64,000 nucleotides of DNA from an uncultured Pseudomonadota bacterium (GTDB lineage Bacteria > Bdellovibrionota_C > UBA2361 > CALMIO01), in contig CALMIO010000002.1 of NCBI GenBank assembly GCA_937864035.1, forward strand, positions 162,390-226,389. Direction: 5' to 3'. The stretch's first letter is position 1. The number at the start of each line of letters is the position of its first letter. Made by a program: the position numbers and the translations under genes. A model generated the notes under the pieces. It was not told the origin of the DNA. It did not search any database and saw only the letters and a program-made list of their open reading frames with translations. This document shows, one piece after another, positions 57,531 to 64,000 of this stretch.

Positions 57531-59264
57531 CTAATCTGGGATCAAAAGCATAATTGCCGCTTGCCTCATCTGATTTCCTGCCGGACTACCGGAAGCGTGT
57601 CTCTGTTTTGCTAAACGAAATTTTGAAATGGCTCCTAAATATCTCTTTCTAAAGGTTGGTAACCTACCATTTAACAAAAGAAGATGCTCATAAATTCTAA
57701 TTTTACTTCGAGCTAATTTGATCTTTTGATCAATAAGTTTTGCTCGGTTTTTATATTGCTGTCGTTGCGAGGCTGTTCGAGCAGCTCTAAGCTTTTTCAA
57801 AAGCAACGCAATCTCTAAAAGATTGTTTTTTGCCTCTAGTGTAAGCTCAGCGGCTGGAGGAGGAACTGGTGTCGGCGTCGGTTCCAACTCAGGAACGCCT
57901 GTCGGATCGTAATCATGAGATTTAATAACACCATCTTGCGGGCTACGATAAACAATCACCCCCTTACCTGAATTACTCATGGCAACCGCTGGAAAAATAG
58001 GAGAGGCGGTCTCGGGATTGATATCTTCAAACAAAGCTAGTTTTTTAGTTATTCTTGTTTCGCCATCTCCTAAAATATAGACGCTAATCAGCAATTTTGA
58101 AGATGTACTGGTGTTAATCTTTTCATTAACTATCGCTATCAAAGCTTCGTTAGAGCCTCCTCGCGCTAGCGAATTTCCATAAAATTTGCCATTTGGAATT
58201 TGAAAACCATCTGATTGAACATTAAATTCAAAACCTCGATCTCCCTCTAGCGCAACCAAAAGCGGCTCCGCCGTCGTCCCTTTAAAGTTCGCAAAAGCAA
58301 ACTTCTCTCCCGAAACCGCTCCTCCAATCTTTAATGATGCTGGAAGTTCTCGCCTTTTTGAAGAAAGTCCAGAAAGAGAAGCGGCAAAGGGATCGCCACC
58401 TATTAAACTAATACCAGCGCTTATCGGATTTATTTCTTGGTCAATTTCGTCGTTTTTTATTAAAGTCATTGCGTACTCGCCATTGCTTCCATCTTTAGAA
58501 AGGGTAAAAGGAGAGAGAATTCTAACCGGCGGCGTGGTCGCGGGAGAAGAACCGCTCGGTTGGGCGTTAAGAGCGACCGCTTTGTAAATGACAAAACGAT
58601 CGGGAGAGGTAGATGCTCGATCAAGCCACAAAGCCTGCCTAACTCCATCATTAGATATCAAAGCCGCAACAGTTTGATCATATTGTCCAACCGAATAACT
58701 GCGATCGATGGCGTTTTCAATTTTTGCTTCAGTGCTCCAATTACCGGCGGAATCTCTAAAATTCGCAAAGATCTCTCCTTGCGTTCTCCAAACCGCGAAC
58801 ACCTCTCCAGAACCGTTAACAGCACAATCTATGTCGGAAGCTAAACCAGACACCGTTGCTAGAGAGCCAATCGCAACCCCATTAGCAAAGCCACCATCCG
58901 GACTTTTAACAGCAACAACAGCTTTGTTTGGAGTACCGTGCCAAGCGGCGCATCCCCAGCCAGATGGATCAATAACTAAACGGGTATTGCGTCTCTCACT
59001 AGAATCAGAGAACTCCATTGTGCCAATAGTTGTCTGTTTCCAAGTTGTGCTCAACACCTCTTTTGTTAACATTTTCACATTCATTGTGTTGTCAACAACT
59101 AATAAATAGATTTTTTCTCCGTCAAACGCCACCTTCGGAGCATAACCCGCCTTGCCAATTACCGAAGTTGAAACTGACCCGCCTAAATAAGGTGTTGCAA
59201 AAGCAGAGATAGATAATGATAAAAAGAGTAAGGTTGCCAAAACTATAAGTAGTTTATCTTTCAT
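57531..59264 (-). CDS. Secreted hypothetical protein with Pro-rich linker and basic helical C-terminal tail
   Basis: Signal peptide (SLSISAFA|TP), a roughly 450-aa beta-rich-looking body, EPTPTPVPPP, then a Lys/Arg-rich helical region. Confidence 0.55.
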   Translation of the reverse strand: MKDKLLIVLATLLFLSLSISAFATPYLGGSVSTSVIGKAGYAPKVAFDGEKIYLLVVDNTMNVKMLTKEVLSTTWKQTTIGTMEFSDSSERRNTRLVIDPSGWGCAAWHGTPNKAVVAVKSPDGGFANGVAIGSLATVSGLASDIDCAVNGSGEVFAVWRTQGEIFANFRDSAGNWSTEAKIENAIDRSYSVGQYDQTVAALISNDGVRQALWLDRASTSPDRFVIYKAVALNAQPSGSSPATTPPVRILSPFTLSKDGSNGEYAMTLIKNDEIDQEINPISAGISLIGGDPFAASLSGLSSKRRELPASLKIGGAVSGEKFAFANFKGTTAEPLLVALEGDRGFEFNVQSDGFQIPNGKFYGNSLARGGSNEALIAIVNEKINTSTSSKLLISVYILGDGETRITKKLALFEDINPETASPIFPAVAMSNSGKGVIVYRSPQDGVIKSHDYDPTGVPELEPTPTPVPPPAAELTLEAKNNLLEIALLLKKLRAARTASQRQQYKNRAKLIDQKIKLARSKIRIYEHLLLLNGRLPTFRKRYLGAISKFRLAKQRHASGSPAGNQMRQAAIMLLIPD

Positions 59265-59409
59265 AAATAAATAGGAATTAAAAAGATCCTAAAAAATTTT
59301 ATCGACAACTATTAACGATAGGTTAAAGGATTTATCAAAAAGAACCCAGTAATTTTATTCTGCCTTATTAAAGCTATTAAACTGCTATTCTCTACCCCTA
59401 AAAATCCCC

Positions 59410-60942
59410 CTAATCAAGTTTTAGTCTCTCCTTAATAAACTCCAAGGCCTTCATTGCCGGTATTCTATCTTGTTCTGTTGTGTCGCGATCGCGAATTGTC
59501 ACCGTGCGATCTTGCAAGCTTTGAGGATCAACAGTTAAACAAAAAGGAGTTCCTATCTCATCGTGTCGCGAATAACGCTTGCCGATTGAATGTTGTTCGT
59601 CATAGCGAGCGCTAATTCCAGCATAGTAAAAATCATCCACAATTTCTCGTGCCATTCTTGGCATGTCATCTTTTTTCATCAACGGCAAAACAGCCACCTT
59701 AATCGGAGCAAGTTGAGGTTTTAATTTTAAAAAAACGCGGTTCTTCTTCTCGCCCTCGGCCGTCACGCCTTCTTCTTCTGAATAAGCATCAAACAACATA
59801 ACCAAAACCGCCCTCGATAACCCAGCCGCCGGTTCAATAACATACGGCACAAAATGAATCCCCTGCTTACCGGTTTCCGGATTAGTTTTTGTTTGATCAA
59901 AATAACTTAGCTTGACTCCCGAAGCTTCAGAGTGTCTTTTAAGATCGTAATCGGTTCGCGAAGCAATCCCTTCAAGCTCACCCCAGCCCCAAGGAAAATT
60001 ATATTCAATATCAACGCAAGCTTCGGCGTAGTGAGCGAGCTCATCTTGAGAGTGTTCTCTTATTCTTAAACGATCGGGATTGTTCAACAACTTAGACCAC
60101 CAACTAAATCTGTGCTGTTTCCAATATTCAAACCAATCTGCTTGCGTGCCCGGTTCAACAAAATATTCCAGCTCCATCTGTTCAAACTCACAGCTTCTAA
60201 AGATAAATCTCTCGGTCGTTATTTCGTTCCGAAAAGATCGACCCTGCTGAGCTATACCAAACGGAATTCGCATCGACATACTTTGCACAACATTATTAAA
60301 CTGCACAAACATCGCCTGAGCGGTTTCCGGACGAAGATAAATTGCCGAACGGTTTATACTCTCTTCTAGTTTTTCTCTTAAAAGCACTCGATCTAAATTT
60401 TTACCAGCAACTTGATTGATAAAATCTTCCAACGGATCTACCGGCCCGATCGAAGTGCGAAACATCAAATTAAACTTGCGCTCTTCTGAAAGCTCCGGAG
60501 AACCGCAATTTGGGCAAACATAACCGCGCTCTTTAACTTTGGAAACAATCTTGTCGCCATCTTTTTTGCCCCCTTTTAAATAAGCAACTTCTGCTCCCGC
60601 TGGTTTTTGCGGGGCTTTATCAGCGCGAAACCTCTCTTTGCAATTTAGACAATCAACCAAAGGATCGGCAAAACCAGCGGAAAGATGTCCGCTAGCCTGC
60701 CAAACTTGTGGCGCCATCATGATTGATGCGTCAATTCCAACAACATCCTCTCTTTTAGTCACGATCTCGCGCCACCAAAGATTAGCGATGTTGCGTTTCA
60801 ATTCAACGCCTAAAGGTCCAAAATCGTAGGCACTTTTTAAGCCGCCATAAATCTCACTGCTTTGAAAAACAAAACCTCGGCGCTTGCATAAAGAAACGAT
60901 CTTTTGCAATAGATCTTGATCGCCGATTGACTCTCTGTTCAT
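59410..60942 (-). CDS. glyQS: Glycine--tRNA ligase (homodimeric class II type)
   Basis: KRRGFVFQSSEIYGGLKSAYDFGPLGVELK N-terminus, FRNEITTERFIFRSCEFEQMELEYF (motif 2 region) and an anticodon-binding C-terminus. Confidence 0.9.
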   Translation of the reverse strand: MNRESIGDQDLLQKIVSLCKRRGFVFQSSEIYGGLKSAYDFGPLGVELKRNIANLWWREIVTKREDVVGIDASIMMAPQVWQASGHLSAGFADPLVDCLNCKERFRADKAPQKPAGAEVAYLKGGKKDGDKIVSKVKERGYVCPNCGSPELSEERKFNLMFRTSIGPVDPLEDFINQVAGKNLDRVLLREKLEESINRSAIYLRPETAQAMFVQFNNVVQSMSMRIPFGIAQQGRSFRNEITTERFIFRSCEFEQMELEYFVEPGTQADWFEYWKQHRFSWWSKLLNNPDRLRIREHSQDELAHYAEACVDIEYNFPWGWGELEGIASRTDYDLKRHSEASGVKLSYFDQTKTNPETGKQGIHFVPYVIEPAAGLSRAVLVMLFDAYSEEEGVTAEGEKKNRVFLKLKPQLAPIKVAVLPLMKKDDMPRMAREIVDDFYYAGISARYDEQHSIGKRYSRHDEIGTPFCLTVDPQSLQDRTVTIRDRDTTEQDRIPAMKALEFIKERLKLD

Positions 60943-61176
60943 GAAAGTATTTAATAATTTAACTGTTTAAAACAGTCTATCCATAAACACTAAAAATTAC
61001 TAGCTATTCTTTCTTAACAGCCAAATTGAAGCCAACTTAAATTATTTTAAATAACTTCTCTTCTAAATTATTTTTATAAGCCAAACCTTTTTTTTATTTC
61101 CACCCATTCTAACTCAATGGTATCTTGCGATAAATCGCAAAAAATCAAAAAAGATCTTCGTAATTAATGTCACTAA

Positions 61177-61644
61177 ATGTCTTTCAAGATTAAAATTATC
61201 TCACTAGATCGAGGCAAAGGAGATCAGAACATCCTGTCGATCGAGAATGAATTTTTAAAACGTTTGCAAAGTCAAGCAAAAATAGAGCTTATTAGCTTTA
61301 AAAGTGAAAAATTAAATCGAGATCTTAAACAAAAAGAGAGCGTTCTGTTTAAAACAACTGCCGCCAGTTTCGTTAGTAAAATCGCCCTGACCGAAAAAGG
61401 GAAAATGTTAAGTTCTCAAGAATTCGCGGCGCTGTTTAAAAAACTAATGCTACAAAGCACAAACGAAGTTGCTTTTATCATAGGAGGCGCGAGCGGCTTG
61501 AGCGACGAAGCCTTAAAACGCGCCGACATGCTTTTATCCCTTTCAAAAATGACTCTTACCCACGAAATGGCAAGGATGTTATTATTAGAGCAGATTTACC
61601 GAGCATTCTGCATATTAAACAATCACCCTTATCATAAAGAATAA
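61177..61644 (+). CDS. rlmH: 23S rRNA (pseudouridine1915-N3)-methyltransferase RlmH
   Basis: SPOUT pattern [12 protein letters not shown] ... [25 protein letters not shown]. Confidence 0.85.
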   Translation: MSFKIKIISLDRGKGDQNILSIENEFLKRLQSQAKIELISFKSEKLNRDLKQKESVLFKTTAASFVSKIALTEKGKMLSSQEFAALFKKLMLQSTNEVAFIIGGASGLSDEALKRADMLLSLSKMTLTHEMARMLLLEQIYRAFCILNNHPYHKE

Positions 61645-61660
61645 AGTTAGTTCAAAAAAT

Positions 61661-62155
61661 ATGAATTATATAAAAGAGTTTTCAAAATCAGCTCTTGCTT
61701 TTGTAAAGGGAGAAAAAACTCTAGCCAAAAAAGTCGATACCCTAATTCGACATCTCAATTCTGACCCTCATAAAACAATAGATAAAAAATTTATCGGCGG
61801 CAGGCGCTGGTTTGTAAAAATCGAGGAGCTAGGAGAGCTTGAAATTATTACAGAAGAAGGCAGCGCCGTTAATGCTGAGGAGCTCCTTTATCTAGGGCTA
61901 AACCTATGCGATGTGCCGCTCGGAGAGGTTGCTAAAACCCTAGTCAAAGCTCTCGAACTTGCTGATGGATTAGTGGGAGGAGTAAAAATCAGTTTAGTTG
62001 GTCCAACTCTTGTCGCAAGCATCTCTATTTTTAGCGAACAACTTGAGGGAGAAGAATTAGATTACTATTACAAACTACTTAGAGATCAAAGCCTTTGGTT
62101 AAGAGATCAGCTTAAAACACAAAATACCGATCAAACAAAGCAACTTCAAGAATAA
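61661..62155 (+). CDS. Acidic 164-aa hypothetical protein
   Basis: ORF 17 nt after rlmH. Size, acidity and the alternating pattern are loosely reminiscent of CesT/YbjN-type chaperones. This is a weak impression only. Confidence 0.45.
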   Translation: MNYIKEFSKSALAFVKGEKTLAKKVDTLIRHLNSDPHKTIDKKFIGGRRWFVKIEELGELEIITEEGSAVNAEELLYLGLNLCDVPLGEVAKTLVKALELADGLVGGVKISLVGPTLVASISIFSEQLEGEELDYYYKLLRDQSLWLRDQLKTQNTDQTKQLQE

Positions 62156-62305
62156 TAACTTAACCCAGTAAATCGATAAAATTTAACATCCTTTTAATAC
62201 CTTAAACCCCCGATCCTTATTGGAGGAAGAAAAGTGCTGCAAATATTAGGCGCGAACTTCGATTCGGGCACCCATCTCTGGCCGAAGTTTCTGGCGAAAC
62301 TTTGA

Positions 62306-62328
62306 CTGGGGTTCAAATCCACTTCTCT
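62306..62328 (+). repeat. Decayed inverted copy of the tRNA-Ser 3' half (T-arm + acceptor 3' strand)
   Basis: CTGGGGTTCAAATCCACTTCTCT matches the tRNA-Ser segment CAGGGGTTCGAATCCCCTTCTCT (reverse complement of 62358-62380) at 20 of 23 positions. Confidence 0.65.
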
Positions 62329-62351
62329 AAAATATATCGATAAATTCAAAC

Positions 62352-62441
62352 TGGCGGAGAGAAGGGGATTCGAACCCCTGATACCCTTGCGGATATACTT
62401 GATTTCGAATCAAGCGCTTTCGACCCCTCAGCCATCTCTCC
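62352..62441 (-). tRNA. tRNA-Ser (anticodon CGA), CCA encoded
   Basis: Folded by hand: acceptor GGAGAGA/TCTCTCC, anticodon stem CTTGA/TCAAG with loop TTCGAAA, long variable arm, T-arm AGGGG-TTCGAAT-CCCCT, then G-CCA. Confidence 0.9.
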
Positions 62442-62570
62442 AAAATAATACCTTTTTCCTAGGGTTAATAGAACCTTACAGAATACACAAATTTTATTCC
62501 ACCTTCAACAGAAAGACTATCTTAGGTAACCAACTTTTATTATAATAAAAAGATCTAGCGGTTTAACAAA

Positions 62571-64000
62571 ATGAACCAACCAGTTTCCGTAGTAGTATCA
62601 GATTCTGCTGATCGCTCTCACACCAAAGATCGTGGTTACTCTCCGTCTCTCCCAATAGCAATCAGATTGCTCAACTGCTTGTTAACATTCAATTCTCCTC
62701 CGAATGCCCCTCCTATTATCGAGCTCCGGTTTCTACCCTATCCATCAGTCAAAGAGCCTAGCTGTACATATCTAGAAAAGTATCAAGCAACACCTGAAGC
62801 CATCTCATTATTACAAAAGCTTCAAAACCAAACAACGAATGTAAAATTACAAAAGAGTTTTTTTGATTCTCTTCTAAAGTGCCGCCGAATACACGAAGAA
62901 ATTGTTGACTCTCGAGAAAAAATTTCTGTTTCCGAAGATCAAAAACCCCCGACAACCACAACCAATGTTTTTTTTATCCGTTACTATGTTGGAAGCCAAC
63001 CCTTAGATAAGTTAATACAACAAAATATTCGACACGTATTTGAATCTTACACACTGGATATAAAAGGCAATGAACTTCCTATAGCTATGGTTGAATTTAC
63101 AAGCGCGCCAAATCAAAAGGTAATAAATTTATGTTGCATGCGCTATGATAGAAAAAGATATGTTAATAAACAAGAAATTTCTATTGATCTAAACCAAGCA
63201 TTTGATCTGGCATACGATCTTTGTAGAGAAATCTCTTTAGAGATGCTAAAAAGTGGTTCAAAAAAAACAAACCCTGAGATTGAAGAGCTTTATAATAAAG
63301 TCGACGCATTACCGACGGGAAATGAATGGCAAACATGTCAACAATTTATCTTTATACGGATAAACTCAGAAATTCCTACTATAAGAATTTTAAATATGGC
63401 AACTGGTCAACGGAGCGACGTTTCGGTCCCGATAAGACCAGAAGGAGCAATCGATGTTTTTTTTGAAATCTTGCGCAATGTTTCTATGGGAGGATACGAG
63501 CCAAAAATTTTAACTCCAGATCTTTTTTCTAATCACAAAAAACTTATTAGATCATTTTTTGAGCTTGTCGAACCAGAATTGTTGCCAAAATATGTTAAGG
63601 AATGTTATTCGTGGTTAAATATATATTATGAACCCATAAAAACAAAAGAAGATATTGCAAACTTTTTGTCGGGAAACAGTTTGGTTAGGGTTGTTTTTCC
63701 AACCCAAGATCTAGGAGATGTTAAGTATATAATTTTTAACTTAGAAAAGCCGGCTATTCTAACACTTGAAAATCAAATTGGAATATCCCAAAAAATAGAT
63801 CTTGAAGTGGATCTTGCTTCTGTGGAAGAAAATGAAAGAGAAAGAATCGTCATAGAGAGAATTAAAAAACTGGTCTCTCTTTTGAAGCAACAAGAAGAAG
63901 TTAGAGAAAATCAGTTAAAAAAAGAAAAGTCCTTAATTCAAGTTGAACTGGAAAAAATAATAAGATCTTTTCATCAGCGCGTTCTAGAAAAACCCTTTGC
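62571..64000 (+). CDS. Hypothetical protein, 3' end outside window (at least 476 aa)
   Basis: Translated by hand: ATG 62571, no stop through 64000. It is absent from the ORF track, presumably because it has no stop in the window. No signal peptide, and a charged coiled-coil-like stretch near the window edge. Confidence 0.6.
   Translation, partial: MNQPVSVVVSDSADRSHTKDRGYSPSLPIAIRLLNCLLTFNSPPNAPPIIELRFLPYPSVKEPSCTYLEKYQATPEAISLLQKLQNQTTNVKLQKSFFDSLLKCRRIHEEIVDSREKISVSEDQKPPTTTTNVFFIRYYVGSQPLDKLIQQNIRHVFESYTLDIKGNELPIAMVEFTSAPNQKVINLCCMRYDRKRYVNKQEISIDLNQAFDLAYDLCREISLEMLKSGSKKTNPEIEELYNKVDALPTGNEWQTCQQFIFIRINSEIPTIRILNMATGQRSDVSVPIRPEGAIDVFFEILRNVSMGGYEPKILTPDLFSNHKKLIRSFFELVEPELLPKYVKECYSWLNIYYEPIKTKEDIANFLSGNSLVRVVFPTQDLGDVKYIIFNLEKPAILTLENQIGISQKIDLEVDLASVEENERERIVIERIKKLVSLLKQQEEVRENQLKKEKSLIQVELEKIIRSFHQRVLEKPF

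Noticed and set aside
60943-61176. T-box leader upstream of glyQS.
   Set aside because: The spacer is short and shared with rlmH. No T-box sequence (AAnnnGGGTGGTACCGCG-like) and no specifier/antiterminator architecture is visible.
62156-62351. tmRNA, SRP RNA or a functional second tRNA in the GC-richer island.
   Set aside because: It is too short for tmRNA. There are no SRP helix-8 motifs. The T-arm-like stem (TGGGG/CCACT) and the candidate anticodon arm (7-bp stem, 6-nt loop) do not fold as a tRNA, and no matching acceptor 5' strand exists.

Overview
This is a dense, visibly AT-rich window that is almost entirely coding. It looks like core chromosome from a diderm bacterium (TolC-type outer-membrane factor, lipobox lipoprotein, type IV pilin machinery). 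I cannot assign the lineage. The atpF'-F-H-A-G-D-C block lacking atpB/atpE, the GTP-type PEPCK and the bactofilin are compatible with a Bdellovibrionota/deltaproteobacteria-like or candidate-phylum organism, but this is a guess.

Recognisable content:
- Housekeeping genes: prfB with its programmed +1 frameshift, glyQS, recJ, rlmH, hemW, glnA, pckG, rpsN and kpsF.
- parA-parB-bactofilin, preceded by a 486-bp AT-rich spacer carrying two CACGTG-centred parS-like palindromes.
- Seven F1Fo ATP synthase genes, including an 81-aa epsilon subunit.
- Dispersed type IV pilus/T2SS-like parts: pilD, a pilin, a four-gene pseudopilin operon and a divergent GspE/PilB ATPase.
- A PrtD/HlyD/TolC-type type I secretion operon.
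- An NfeD-SPFH pair.
- Many envelope glycosylation genes: four GT2 and three GT-C-like membrane proteins.
- tRNA-Gln(CUG) and tRNA-Ser(CGA).

I found no CRISPR array, IS element, integrase, phage gene or recognisable defence or toxin-antitoxin module, and I cannot point to a clear novel system.

The best leads are:
1. A co-directional GT2 / GT2 / FAD-oxidoreductase / GT-C locus ending in an uncharacterised 1368-aa polytopic protein. The oxidoreductase's Rossmann motif lies upstream of any canonical start codon.
2. A GC-richer intergenic island next to tRNA-Ser. It contains an inverted, decayed copy of the tRNA 3' half and a 23-codon ORF with a good SD.
3. A T1SS ABC protein whose Walker B aspartate is followed by Gly instead of the catalytic Glu, preceded by a tightly coupled 23-codon uORF.
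4. An orphan NuoB.
5. A long open reading frame at the right edge that the ORF track does not list.
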